64,000 nt of DNA from Candidatus Dormiibacterota bacterium (GCA_963718525.1 OY970355.1:864001-928000), one strand, 5' to 3'. Numbered from the stretch's first letter, positions 39,167 through 49,007 are shown. Notes: generated by a model not told the origin, from the letters alone. Numbers and translations: made by a program.

Positions 39167-41608
39167 CTATGTTCGACCTCCGGGCTCGGCCGCGTGCGCT
39201 GCCGGCACCGGGTGGAGGGTCAGCCGCGTTCTCGCGTGTCGGCGCACCTCCTGCGCGCTCCAGTACAGCGGGAACTGCCGGTTCGTGCGCCAGCGGCGTG
39301 AGAGATCCCGGTAGTGGCGGGAGCCCGGCTGTCCTGACTGCCCGGGGACGTGGATGCCCCCGCTCGCGTCCCATTTGCCGACGTCCAGGACCTGACGCCA
39401 GGATGGCGCCGAGAGACGGGTCTCGAACGGCTCACCCGGCACTTGCGATGTGGCCAGAACCGTATCGGTGTTGCCGCCAACTTTGATCGAGGGTGCGTTG
39501 AAGAACCAGGCGAGCCCCCGCCGTCGCCCGAACGCATGAATGAGCTCGAGCCTATGGACGCGTCCCCAGACCCAGCGACGTGAGCGCCGTCCGTAGCGGC
39601 CTCGGAGGTCGTTGGTGGCGTCGTCGAGCGACTTCGATACAACCTCGGCCCAGGTGGTCAGGCCCTCGAACAACGCGTCGTCTCCAAGTTCCCAGCGCTC
39701 GATCAGCGACGGCGTGAGACGGCCGATGATATTGCCCGGGTACTGAAAGACCGGGTGGGACAGGTCGACGCCTGCGAGGATCCGCCAGGCGTTGCCGCAC
39801 ACAGGGCTCAGCGAATGCTCCGCAAGGCGGGCCATGAACGCCTCGTAGATGGTCGGCTCGACACGATGCGGATCCATGACCGCGTCCCACTGCGCCAGGC
39901 GCTGGCGCGTCGCTTCCGCCGACGGATTCGCGCAGCGCATGGAAGCGAGCAGCCGGACCACCTGACGCGCCGGTGGGCACACGAGGTCCATCTGCGCCCG
40001 GGCCATATACGGGAGGTCGACCACTCGTTCGGAGAGCAGCTCGCCGATGCGCAGGGCGCGGTATCCCGACATGTAGTCGGTGCCGATGTAGAAGGGGAAG
40101 CCGTCGCCGGCAATCCGGTTGTTGGCGGTGATGATCTGATGCTCGGGAGGATCGAAGAGCTGGGGAATCTCGTCCGGGGTGAGATACCTGGTCCAGACGG
40201 CGCTCCCCGTCCAGCCCTGGATCGGAAGACCGCTCGGCTTCGCCTTGCGGACCGGGATCCGCCCGGACAGCAGGTACCCGATGTGGCCGTCGACGTCCGC
40301 GTACACGACGTTCTGGGAGGGCGCATCCAAGGACGCGAAGGCCTCTTTGAAGCTCCTCCAGTCTCCCGCGCGCTGCAGCCGGAGGAGTCCCTCAGCAGTG
40401 CCTCCCGGCTGCAGCGCGGTCCACTGCAGCGCGAGCCCCCGCCAGATGGAACGCTCCGGGTCCTCGATCCTTTCGACGACCGGTCCGTGACGGGTGACCA
40501 CCACCTCCTCGAGCACGTCGGACGCGTCCCTGACGTGGATGATCTCGCGCAGCCGACGGGTGGGCTCGAATCCCCGCTCCGTGCGGAATCGATCGGCGGC
40601 CGGGGAGTCGAACTCCTCGATGACCAGGTCCTGGCAGTCTGCGAAGGAATTGGTGAAACCCCAGGCGACACGCTTGTTGTGGCCGATGATCACGAACGGC
40701 ACCCCGGGCATGGTCACTCCGGTGGACTCGAAGTCCTCGCCGGCGTGAACATGCGCCGCGTACCAGATCGACGGCATTCCCGGGACCAGGTGCGGATCGT
40801 TGCAGAGAATCGGCCGCCCCGTCGTCGTCCGCTCGCCGGAGACGACCCAGGAGTTGCTCATGCCCCCGGCGGTGGGGATCCACCGCGCCGCCTCACGGAA
40901 CATCGTCAGCAGCTGCGTGCGGGTGTCGCTCCCGCCGGCCGCGCGGACCGTGCTCGCGAGGACGGTGGGATTCGCGTCGGGGTACACGATGTCGAGCCGG
41001 GCGGCGTGCTCCGGTCCGATCGCGCGCAGGAGTTCCAGCCGCTGCAGCTCGGTGTCCCAGTTCATGCTCAAGCCCAGCGCCAGCAGCTTGAACGCCGCGA
41101 GGCTGTGCATCGGCTCCCACGGCTCCGCCGTCACCCCGAGCAACCGGTACTCGAGCGGGAGCGGCCGTCCGGACTGGGCGATGGCGTTGACACCGGCCGA
41201 ATACGCCTTGAGCATCCGGCGCGCTTCGGGGGCCAGGCGGAGCTCCTCCTCGCGAGCAACCCGATGCAAGCCGACTCGGCGGATGAATCGATCGATGTTC
41301 ACCCCGTCCGATCCGATCAGCTCGCTGATCCGCCCGGTCGCGACCCGCCGGGTCACCTCCATCTGCCAGAGGCGATCCTGGGCGTGAACCACACCCAGCG
41401 CGAAGGCGGCATCCTCCATGCAGACGGCGTTGACGTGGGGTATGCCCCAGCGATCGCGGCCCACGGTCACGTCCGCCGTGAGGCCTCCGACGTCGAGCCT
41501 CCCTCGCACCTTGGGCAGGGACACGCCGAAGGTGCGATGGCGCGCGACCAGTAGAGCGGTGCAGAGGACGACCAGCAGGGCCGCCACGACGATGATGGCG
41601 ATGATCAT
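39167..41608 (-). CDS. Penicillin acylase family protein (Ntn hydrolase)
   Basis: RDRWGIPH, HAQDRLWQM, SNSWVV nucleophile, NDPHL, PGQSG. Confidence 0.93.
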   Translation of the reverse strand: MIIAIIVVAALLVVLCTALLVARHRTFGVSLPKVRGRLDVGGLTADVTVGRDRWGIPHVNAVCMEDAAFALGVVHAQDRLWQMEVTRRVATGRISELIGSDGVNIDRFIRRVGLHRVAREEELRLAPEARRMLKAYSAGVNAIAQSGRPLPLEYRLLGVTAEPWEPMHSLAAFKLLALGLSMNWDTELQRLELLRAIGPEHAARLDIVYPDANPTVLASTVRAAGGSDTRTQLLTMFREAARWIPTAGGMSNSWVVSGERTTTGRPILCNDPHLVPGMPSIWYAAHVHAGEDFESTGVTMPGVPFVIIGHNKRVAWGFTNSFADCQDLVIEEFDSPAADRFRTERGFEPTRRLREIIHVRDASDVLEEVVVTRHGPVVERIEDPERSIWRGLALQWTALQPGGTAEGLLRLQRAGDWRSFKEAFASLDAPSQNVVYADVDGHIGYLLSGRIPVRKAKPSGLPIQGWTGSAVWTRYLTPDEIPQLFDPPEHQIITANNRIAGDGFPFYIGTDYMSGYRALRIGELLSERVVDLPYMARAQMDLVCPPARQVVRLLASMRCANPSAEATRQRLAQWDAVMDPHRVEPTIYEAFMARLAEHSLSPVCGNAWRILAGVDLSHPVFQYPGNIIGRLTPSLIERWELGDDALFEGLTTWAEVVSKSLDDATNDLRGRYGRRSRRWVWGRVHRLELIHAFGRRRGLAWFFNAPSIKVGGNTDTVLATSQVPGEPFETRLSAPSWRQVLDVGKWDASGGIHVPGQSGQPGSRHYRDLSRRWRTNRQFPLYWSAQEVRRHARTRLTLHPVPAAHAAEPGGRT

Positions 41609-41646
41609 TTGGAAGCGGTCTGGCAACGTACTACACTCGCGAGCCC

Positions 41647-42732
41647 ATGGCCTTGCGAACCCCGCTGCACGACCGGCACGTCGCGGCCGGGGCACGCATG
41701 GTCGAGTTCGGCGGTTTCGACATGCCGTTGCAGTACTCGACGATCCGCGAGGAGCACGTGGCGGTCCGGACTCGCTGTGGCCTCTTCGACCTGTCGCACA
41801 TGGGCGAGGTGCGTTTCACCGGCGACAGGGCCCTCGACGACGTTCAGCGCCTGGTCACCAATGACGTCGCGCGCCTCGAGGTCGGCGGTGCCCTCTACGG
41901 CGTCATGTGCAACGACGGGGGCGGGATCGTCGATGACGTCGTCGTCTATCGCGAGGCGGGCGGGTACATGGTGGTGATCAACGCCGCCTGCCGGCCGAAG
42001 GATGTCGCCTGGATGGGCGACCACAGCGGTGACTCCAGGTTCGAGGACATCGGCGATTCGGTGGCGCTGCTCGCGGTGCAAGGCCCGCGCGCGGTCAGGC
42101 TGGTCAGCGGCCTGGCTGCCGACGACGTCGCCGAGCTCCGGCCGTTTCACTCCATCGACACGCAGGTTGCCGGCATCCAGGCGGCTGTGTCGCGCACGGG
42201 CTACACCGGTGAGGACGGTTTCGAGCTCTACGTCGACGCGTCGGACGCGCCAGCTCTCTGGGACAAGCTCCTGGAAGCCGGCGCTGGTGAGGGCCTGATC
42301 CCGTGCGGGCTCGGCGCGCGCGACACGCTGCGTCTCGAGGCTGGCCTGCGTCTCTACGGCCAGGACATGGACGACGCGACCGATCCGTACAGCTGCGCGC
42401 TGGGGTGGACCGTCAAGCTGCAGAAGGGCGAGTTCATCGGCAGGCCGGCGCTGCTCCAACTCGATCCATCGCATCCGCCGCGCCGATTCGTCGGCATCGA
42501 GATTGCAGGCAGGGCTATCGCTCGCCACGGACAGCAGGTGCTCGCAGCGGGCGAGCGGGTCGGCGAGGTCACGAGCGGGACCTACAGCTTCACCCTTGAT
42601 CACTCGATCGCCACGGCATCATTGGACGGCGACGTCCCCCTGGACGCCGAGCTCTCCGTCGACATCAGGGGCACCGCCGCCGCGGCAACGGTGGTGCCGC
42701 TGCCCTTCTACCGCCGCCCCAAGGGAGCCTGA
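41647..42732 (+). CDS. gcvT: Glycine cleavage system T protein
   Basis: LFDLSHMG, RTGYTGEDGFE, GLGARDTLRLEAG. Confidence 0.96.
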   Translation: MALRTPLHDRHVAAGARMVEFGGFDMPLQYSTIREEHVAVRTRCGLFDLSHMGEVRFTGDRALDDVQRLVTNDVARLEVGGALYGVMCNDGGGIVDDVVVYREAGGYMVVINAACRPKDVAWMGDHSGDSRFEDIGDSVALLAVQGPRAVRLVSGLAADDVAELRPFHSIDTQVAGIQAAVSRTGYTGEDGFELYVDASDAPALWDKLLEAGAGEGLIPCGLGARDTLRLEAGLRLYGQDMDDATDPYSCALGWTVKLQKGEFIGRPALLQLDPSHPPRRFVGIEIAGRAIARHGQQVLAAGERVGEVTSGTYSFTLDHSIATASLDGDVPLDAELSVDIRGTAAAATVVPLPFYRRPKGA

Positions 42733-42734
42733 AC

Positions 42735-43112
42735 GTGGCTGATCTCTCCAACTACCGCTTCACCGCCACCCACGAGTGGGTTCGCACCGACGGCTCGAAC
42801 GCGACTGTGGGGATCAGCGATCACGCTCAGGCGCAGCTCGGCGACGTGATCTTTCTCGAGCTTCCGGCGGTCGGGACCGAGGTGAAGGCGGGTGCCAAGT
42901 TCGGCGCCATCGAGTTGGTCAAGGCGGCCTCCGATCTGTATTCGCCCGTGAGCGGGACCGTGGCCGAGGTGAACTCGGCGCTGAACGACCGCCCGGAGCT
43001 CGTCAACTCCGACCCGTACGGTGAGGGCTGGATGCTCCGTCTCGAGAGTTCGAGCGACGACGGCGGGGACCTGCTCGATGAGGCGAGCTACACAAAGCTC
43101 GTCGGCGCCTGA
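42735..43112 (+). CDS. gcvH: Glycine cleavage system H protein
   Basis: HEW, GISDHAQ..LGD, lipoyl-lysine motif E(L)VKAASD, NSDPYGEGW. Confidence 0.95.
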   Translation: MADLSNYRFTATHEWVRTDGSNATVGISDHAQAQLGDVIFLELPAVGTEVKAGAKFGAIELVKAASDLYSPVSGTVAEVNSALNDRPELVNSDPYGEGWMLRLESSSDDGGDLLDEASYTKLVGA

Positions 43113-43129
43113 CCTAGACTTCTGGCCGG

Positions 43130-43206
43130 GGTCAGCTAGCTCAGCTGGTTAGAGCGCGCGGTTCACATCCGCGAGGTCGAGGGTTCGAGTCCCCCGCTGA
43201 CCACCA
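43130..43206 (+). tRNA. tRNA-Val(CAC)
   Basis: Acceptor GGTCAGC/GCTGACC, anticodon arm CGCGG-TTCACAT-CCGCG, TTCGAGT T-loop, encoded CCA. Confidence 0.95.
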
Positions 43207-43231
43207 TCTCCGTCAGTCGACCTTGGCGCGC

Positions 43232-43771
43232 TCACTCCCCGGTCTCCCCGTCGACCGCTTCCCTGATCAGGTCGGCGTGACCGTTGTGCCGCGCGTACTC
43301 CTCGATCATGTGGCAGAGGATCCAGCGCAGGCTCGGCACCTCACCGCTCGGTTCGGAGCGCTTGGCCAGGTGCCCCGGGCCGCCATCGGCCAGGGCTTTC
43401 TGGACGTTGGCGCGGGCGCGATCCACCCGCTCCTGCCAGAGCGCGCGCAGCTGCTCTGGTGTGTCCTGGGCCGCCGTGCGCCATTCCCAGTCGGGTTCCG
43501 CCTCCCAGTCGACGCTGTCCCACGGCGGTGCCGACTCTCGGCCCTCCAGCCACTCGGAGAACCAGTAGTCCTCCACCAGCGCCAGATGCTTGAGCATGCC
43601 CCCGAGCGTCATCGACGAGGCCGCTACGGTTGCCTGCAACCCCACCGCGTCGAGCCCGGCGGTCTTCCAGGCGAAGGTCGCGCGCTGGAACTCGAGGAAC
43701 CCGACCAGGGTCGCGGCCTCGTCGCCCGCGGAAGGCGGCCTCGGACGGCCCTGCTCGTCCAACTCAGTCAT
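43232..43771 (-). CDS. DinB/DUF664-family protein
   Basis: LGGMLKHLALVE..W, SLRWILCHMIEEYARHNGHADLIRE. Confidence 0.9.
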   Translation of the reverse strand: MTELDEQGRPRPPSAGDEAATLVGFLEFQRATFAWKTAGLDAVGLQATVAASSMTLGGMLKHLALVEDYWFSEWLEGRESAPPWDSVDWEAEPDWEWRTAAQDTPEQLRALWQERVDRARANVQKALADGGPGHLAKRSEPSGEVPSLRWILCHMIEEYARHNGHADLIREAVDGETGE

Positions 43772-43805
43772 GTCGCAGCTCAGTCATGTCGCAGCTCAGC
43801 CATGT
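43763..43805. repeat. 16-bp tandem repeat, about 2.7 copies
   Basis: CTCAGTCATGTCGCAG twice, then CTCAGCCATGT. Confidence 0.85.
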
Positions 43806-44755
43806 TGGATTGACTCTATCGACGCGGACGGCTCCCGGAAGTAGTGGCCCTGGTCGAGGTCGTCGAGGAGCCCTGGCTGGGTCGGTTCCCACCCCAGGAC
43901 CGCGCGGGTGAGCGCGCTCGAAGCCGGGCTGTCCAGTCCGACGAAGCCGCCCAGTGGCGCGAAGTGCTCTGGTGCGTCATCGGGAGCAATCGAAACCACC
44001 GGCAGATCCAGGTGGCGGCCGATGACTCCGGCGATGTCGCGCAGCGGCACACCCTCGTCCGCGACCGCGTGGAGCGTCGAGCACGCCGGAGCCCCCTCGA
44101 GCGCCAGACGGAAGAGATGCGCCGAATCCAGCCGGTGAACGGCAGGCCACCGGTTGCTCCCATCGCCGACGTACCCGGAGACGCCCTTGTCGCGGGCGAT
44201 ATGGACGAGCGTCGCCATGAAGCCGTGATCTCCATCGCCGTGATTCGTCGGTGGCAGCCGGAGGACCGATGAGCGGACGCCGCTGGAAGCGAGGGAGAGC
44301 GCCAACTCGGCGGTGCCATGCCGGGTCCGCGGACCGCCGCCCAGCGCCGCGAGCGCCGGACTGAGATCGTGACCGTCCAGTTCGGTGGCCACGTGGCCAA
44401 GTGCGACCCCGAGGGTACCTGAGGCGATCAGGAGTGGGCGATCCGAGCCGGCGAGCGCTTCGCCGAATGTCTCGACGGCACGGCGGTCGGCATCCGCGGC
44501 GTCCTGAAAGCCACCTGAGAACGCGATGTCGTGCTTGAAGGCAAGGTGGATCACGCCGTCCGAAGCGGCTGCTGCCTCTCGCAGCCCGGCGAGGTCGTCG
44601 AGGCTGCCACGACGCACCTCTGCCCCAGCCGCGACCACCGCGGCGGCCGAGGCGTCCGAGCGAGCCAGGCCGACAACCTGATGACCCGCTTCGAGGAGTT
44701 CGGAAACGACGGCGGAGCCGATCCAGCCGGACGCGCCGGTGACGAACACATGCAT
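43796..44755 (-). CDS. Extended SDR / NAD-dependent epimerase family protein
   Basis: VFVTGASGWIG, VIHLAF, WPAVHRLD; AAGGAGG SD. Confidence 0.9.
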   Translation of the reverse strand: MHVFVTGASGWIGSAVVSELLEAGHQVVGLARSDASAAAVVAAGAEVRRGSLDDLAGLREAAAASDGVIHLAFKHDIAFSGGFQDAADADRRAVETFGEALAGSDRPLLIASGTLGVALGHVATELDGHDLSPALAALGGGPRTRHGTAELALSLASSGVRSSVLRLPPTNHGDGDHGFMATLVHIARDKGVSGYVGDGSNRWPAVHRLDSAHLFRLALEGAPACSTLHAVADEGVPLRDIAGVIGRHLDLPVVSIAPDDAPEHFAPLGGFVGLDSPASSALTRAVLGWEPTQPGLLDDLDQGHYFREPSASIESIQHG

Positions 44756-44772
44756 GAAGGCCTCCTTCGGTT

Positions 44773-44823
44773 TGATGTCAGTTGCTGTCATCACTCTACC
44801 ACGTATGTCAGTCACTGTCATCA
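44773..44823. promoter_or_regulatory. Two imperfect palindromic operators, probably bound by the adjacent TetR
   Basis: TGATGTCAGTTGCTGTCATCA and TATGTCAGTCACTGTCATCA, 30 bp apart, between divergent SDR and TetR genes. Confidence 0.7.
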
Positions 44824-44843
44824 CAGACCGGTAGAATCACCGC

Positions 44844-45431
44844 ATGGCACGTTGGGAGCCGGACAGCCGAGGCAGGCTCGAGCGTGCGGCGCTCGCGCTC
44901 TTCGGCGAGCGCGGCTTCGAGAACACGACCGTTGCGGAGATCGCAGCCCGGGCAGGGCTGACGGAGCGAACCTTCTTCCGGTACTTCGCCGACAAACGTG
45001 AGGTCCTGTTCGGGGGTGCCGGTGCGCTTCGCGAGCTCTTGGTCAGGACGGTTGACGCCGCGCCTGCGACCGCCGAGCCCCTCGACGTTATCGTGGCCGC
45101 TTTCGAGGCGGCCGCCACCATGCTCCAGGAGCGGCGCGCATTCTCGCTGCAGCGTCACGTCGTGATCGCCGCGAATGCCGAGTTGGGTGAGCGCGAGGTG
45201 ATCAAGCTCTCCTTAATCTCCGCTGCACTCGCCGACGCGTTGCGCCGGCGCGGAGTCGCAGGCTCGGCGGCGTCGCTGACCGCTGATACCGGAATCGCGA
45301 TCTTCCGTGCCGCGTTTCAAACCTGGGTCGATGTGGCCGAGCAGCGAGAACTTCCGCAGCTCATCCGCGACACCTTCGAAGAGCTGAGGGCCGTTGCCGC
45401 GGGTGCCGAGATGCGTGGCGCGCGAGTCTAA
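44844..45431 (+). CDS. TetR-family regulator (leaderless)
   Basis: GFENTTVAEIAARAGLTERTFFRYFADK; TAGAAT-6 nt-ATG. Confidence 0.93.
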   Translation: MARWEPDSRGRLERAALALFGERGFENTTVAEIAARAGLTERTFFRYFADKREVLFGGAGALRELLVRTVDAAPATAEPLDVIVAAFEAAATMLQERRAFSLQRHVVIAANAELGEREVIKLSLISAALADALRRRGVAGSAASLTADTGIAIFRAAFQTWVDVAEQRELPQLIRDTFEELRAVAAGAEMRGARV

Positions 45432-45451
45432 AGTCTCGAGATCGTCACCGG

Positions 45452-46048
45452 TCACCACACGAAGGGGATCAACCGCTTCGTGCGCCGGCTGTACGCCGCA
45501 TATCCGGGAAGATCGCGGCGCAGCAGTGCTTCCTCGGCTGAGACCCGTCGGTGATACGCGAGCCCGAGAAGGCCGCCGACCGTCTCGACCACCGCGACGC
45601 TGCGCGATGTTAGTGCGAATCCTGTCCAGAACAAGAGCGATCCCGCGTACCCGGGATGGCGCAGGAATCGATACGGTCCGCGGTCGACGACGCGTTGCCC
45701 ATGCCCGACGCGCAGGGTCCGCGAATAGGACTGGCCGAGCGTACGCATCGACCACGCGCGCAGGCCGAGCCCGGCCGCTTCCAGACCGACACCCACGGGG
45801 CCGGCGGCGGCGCGCAGCCGCGGCCGCCGTAGGGTGCGGACCATGGGCGCCACCACCACCGCCGCTGCGTATGCCGAGATGATCATCCGGGTGGTTCCGC
45901 GATCATCGCGTGAAGCCTCCAGGCTCGCCGCTGCACCCCGTTCACGCGTCGACCTCTCGAGCACGAAGAAGGCTACGACACCCGCGTACCCGGCCACGAA
46001 CCATCCGATTCCATCGCCACGGCTTCGTCGCTCCGGCACCACGCGCAC
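45452..46048 (-). CDS. Isoprenylcysteine carboxyl methyltransferase family membrane protein
   Basis: GPYRFLRHPGY, EE, YAAYSRRTKRLIP. Confidence 0.85.
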   Translation of the reverse strand: MRVVPERRSRGDGIGWFVAGYAGVVAFFVLERSTRERGAAASLEASRDDRGTTRMIISAYAAAVVVAPMVRTLRRPRLRAAAGPVGVGLEAAGLGLRAWSMRTLGQSYSRTLRVGHGQRVVDRGPYRFLRHPGYAGSLLFWTGFALTSRSVAVVETVGGLLGLAYHRRVSAEEALLRRDLPGYAAYSRRTKRLIPFVW

Positions 46049-46085
46049 GGCGAGAGCGTGACACCTGGCTGGTACGCTCCGTCAC

Positions 46086-47234
46086 ATGAGTGACGACCGC
46101 CCCGTACTGCTCTTCGGTGAGACGTATCACCACCCGAACATCCTTTATCGCACCGGATTCCTTGTGCCGGACCCGATCGTGGTGGTCGATCGCGGCGGCG
46201 ATGACACCGTGCTGTGGGCGAGTGCACTCGAGGAGGGTCGCGCACGCAAGGAGGCATCGGTCGGTCAGGTGCGCAGCATCCTCGAGCTGACCATCCCGGC
46301 GGCGCGCCCTGGTGGCAACGAATTCGACGGCTGGGCGAATCTGGTGGAGGCCGTCTGTCGCGAGCACGGTCTCGCTGCGGTGGATGTCGATGCCGACTTT
46401 CCAGCGGTGCTCGCCGACCACCTGCGCCACAGCGACGTCGACGTCCGGCCGCTGACCAGCATCTATCAGCAGCGGCGCCGCATCAAGAGTCCGCAGGAAA
46501 TCGAGTGGATCACTGCAACAGAGAACGCCGGCATGGCCGCACTCCAGAAGGCGATCGATGTGATCGCAGCCGCTGAGATCCGCGATGGGCTCCTGGTTCG
46601 GGACGGTCGCAACCTCAGCAGCGCGGACCTGATCTTCGCCGTCGAGAGTCACCTGCTCGACAACGGCTACGGCACCGAGGACTCGATCTGCTGCGGTGGG
46701 CCCGAGTCGGCGGACCCACACCGCGCGATGAGCGATGTCATCCGCGCCGGGTTGCCGATCGTGCTCGACATCTACCCATTCGACAAGCGCACCCGCTACT
46801 GGGGCGACATGACCCGCACGGTGGTGCGCAGCACGCCGCCACCGGAGGCGATGCGCATGTGGGACGCCGTGCTCGAGGCGCAGCAGGCGGGGCTCGACAC
46901 CGTCAAGCCCGGAGTGAATGGCCGCGATGTGCATTTCGCCTGCTGCGAGGTTTTCAAGCAGCACGGCTACGGCTCGCTGCCCAGACCCTACCGGGACATC
47001 CAGAGCGATGCGCGCTTCATCCACGGCACCGGGCACGGGCTGGGGCTCGAGATCCACGAATATCCCCGGATCAGCGAGGCGGACGTTGTCCTCGAGGTCG
47101 GAGATGTGATCACTGTCGAGCCCGGGCTGTACGACCCACGCTTCGGGGGCATCCGCATCGAGGATCTCGTGGTCGTCACCGAGACCGGCTGCCGGAATCT
47201 CACCACCCTGCCCAAGACGTTCCGGCTGGACTGA
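46086..47234 (+). CDS. Xaa-Pro aminopeptidase (M24B)
   Basis: D...DMTRT, HGTGHGLGLEIHE, VEPGLY, RIED. Confidence 0.92.
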   Translation: MSDDRPVLLFGETYHHPNILYRTGFLVPDPIVVVDRGGDDTVLWASALEEGRARKEASVGQVRSILELTIPAARPGGNEFDGWANLVEAVCREHGLAAVDVDADFPAVLADHLRHSDVDVRPLTSIYQQRRRIKSPQEIEWITATENAGMAALQKAIDVIAAAEIRDGLLVRDGRNLSSADLIFAVESHLLDNGYGTEDSICCGGPESADPHRAMSDVIRAGLPIVLDIYPFDKRTRYWGDMTRTVVRSTPPPEAMRMWDAVLEAQQAGLDTVKPGVNGRDVHFACCEVFKQHGYGSLPRPYRDIQSDARFIHGTGHGLGLEIHEYPRISEADVVLEVGDVITVEPGLYDPRFGGIRIEDLVVVTETGCRNLTTLPKTFRLD

Positions 47235-47290
47235 GATCGGCTCCTGCTACACTGCGAACGCTTCTCATCGAGGAGCGTTTCCACATAACG

Positions 47291-47373
47291 CTTTCCTGCG
47301 CCCGGATCGCGACTGCCTGACCACCTCGGCAGTCACAGCACCCCGGGCGCCGCAAGCCCAGAGGAAAGGAGGT
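47291..47373 (+). promoter_or_regulatory. rpsF (S6:S18-binding) mRNA leader
   Basis: CTTTCCT/AGGAAAG stem overlapping the SD; GCGCCCGG/CCGGGCGC stem followed by CCG. Confidence 0.65.
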
Positions 47374-47380
47374 GCCACGC

Positions 47381-47842
47381 ATGGTGCGTGACTACGAGCT
47401 GATGTACATCGTCCGGCCGGAGCTGGAGGATGACGCGGTGCGCGTCACCGTGAAATCGGTGCGCGCGCTGATCGAATCCCAGGAGGGCGAGGTCGTCAAG
47501 ACCACGCTCTGGGGGAAGCGGCGCCTCGCCTACGAGGTGAAACGGCTGCGCGAGGGCCACTACGTCCTGGTCGTCTTCCACCTGGACGGCGGCAAGGTTG
47601 CCGAGATCGAGCGCGCGCTCAGGATCCACGACACGGTCTTTCGCCATCTCATCGTCGTCCACGAGGGTCCGATGCCCGAGCCTGAGGCCGAGATCGAGGA
47701 GGTGCAGGGGCCGGTCGAGCCCGAGGCTGAAATCGACCGCGGAGACGCGGATACTGTCGCTGCAGGGTCCGTGGGTGGGGACGACGATCTGGAAGCAGAC
47801 GACGTCCCCTCGGCAATCGATGACGACGAAGGAGATTTGTGA
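47381..47842 (+). CDS. rpsF: 30S ribosomal protein S6 with long acidic tail
   Basis: YELMYIVRP, WGKRRLAYEV, GHY. Confidence 0.96.
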   Translation: MVRDYELMYIVRPELEDDAVRVTVKSVRALIESQEGEVVKTTLWGKRRLAYEVKRLREGHYVLVVFHLDGGKVAEIERALRIHDTVFRHLIVVHEGPMPEPEAEIEEVQGPVEPEAEIDRGDADTVAAGSVGGDDDLEADDVPSAIDDDEGDL

Positions 47843-48294
47843 TGGCGGGTTCTCTCAATCGCGTGATGCTCATCGGCAGGCTGACCCGCGACCCCGAGCT
47901 CCGGTACACGCCGAGTGGAACAGCCGTCTGCAACCTCGCGCTCGCGACCAACAGGTACGGGAGCGACCCGGCGACCGGCGAACGCAAGGAATTCACGGAC
48001 TACCACGACGTGGTCGTCTGGAACCAGGGCACTCGCAAGCTGGCCGAGACCACGGCGCAGTACCTCCAGAAGGGAAGGCTCATCTACGTCGAGGGCCGCC
48101 TGCAGACGCGCTCCTGGGACGACGCCCAGAGTGGCCAGAAGCGCTACAAGACCGAGGTCAACGCCAACGACGTGCAGTTCCTTGACAGCAGCGGCCGTCA
48201 GGATGGTGCGCCCGCCGGCGACGGCGGCGGAGCAGCAGTGCCGGTCAGCGTGCCGGCGGGCGGTGACGTCGACCCTGATGACATTCCATTCTGA
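47842..48294 (+). CDS. ssb: Single-stranded DNA-binding protein
   Basis: [29 protein letters not shown]-terminal DDIPF. Confidence 0.97.
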   Translation: MAGSLNRVMLIGRLTRDPELRYTPSGTAVCNLALATNRYGSDPATGERKEFTDYHDVVVWNQGTRKLAETTAQYLQKGRLIYVEGRLQTRSWDDAQSGQKRYKTEVNANDVQFLDSSGRQDGAPAGDGGGAAVPVSVPAGGDVDPDDIPF

Positions 48295-48305
48295 GCTGGA
48301 GAGCC

Positions 48306-48533
48306 ATGCCTGATTTCGACCGCCGCCGCCGCAAGGTGTGCAGCTTCTGCCTGGAGCACATCGACTTCATCGATTACAAGGAGGTCACCCGGCTGCGCCG
48401 GTACCTGTCGGAGCGAGGAAAGATCCTGCCGCGCCGGATGACCGGGACGTGCGCGCGCCATCAGCGTTCGCTGACCGTGGCGCTGAAGCGGGCGCGGCAC
48501 ATCGCGCTGCTGCCGTTCGCGGAGATCCGCTAA
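48306..48533 (+). CDS. rpsR: 30S ribosomal protein S18 (zinc-binding form)
   Basis: CSFC, IDYK, GKILPRR.TG.CARHQR. Confidence 0.97.
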   Translation: MPDFDRRRRKVCSFCLEHIDFIDYKEVTRLRRYLSERGKILPRRMTGTCARHQRSLTVALKRARHIALLPFAEIR

Positions 48534-49007
48534 CCACCGAGCCCCGTCGATGGCGCCTTGAGCAGGATGACGTTGTCCAGCGCCGATCCGCCCGCACCGG
48601 TTGCGGCGAAACCGACGGTTGTCGTCGCCGTGGTTGCAAGCAACGACAGGTCTCCGTCGGTGCGTCTGCTCCCGGGCTGACGGACGCGCCGTCCTCGTTC
48701 AACGTGAGCGGCGCCAGCCTCGAGAGCGGAGGTGGCGACGCCTGCTGATGCAGTGGTTGACACACACCCGTGTCAGCCACGCAGCCGGTAGCTCCATCCT
48801 CGCGAGGGAGTCCCATGACCGCCACGCCTTGAGGAGGGTCTCCTGAACCGCGTCCTCGGCCTCGCCTTGGTCGCGAAGGATCGACAACGCGAGGCCATAC
48901 AGCCTGCGGGCATCGGCGACGGCGACCGCCTCGAACGTCCGGCCGGGCGCCGGCTCGCTCGCCCTGGACACAACTGTCGAGGCAATCACCTCTATCCCAA
49001 CGCTCAC
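48530..49007 (-). pseudogene. ECF sigma factor remnant (region 2 only) plus a downstream fragment
   Basis: LYGLALSILRDQGEAEDAVQETLLKAW...AWLTRVCVNHC, stop at 48699; no region-4 HTH recognisable in the three minus-strand frames. Confidence 0.65.

Noticed and set aside
43763-43805. CRISPR-like array
   Set aside because: Contiguous 16-bp units without spacers; no cas genes
43130-46060. Prophage or integrative element at tRNA-Val
   Set aside because: No integrase, att duplication or phage genes seen
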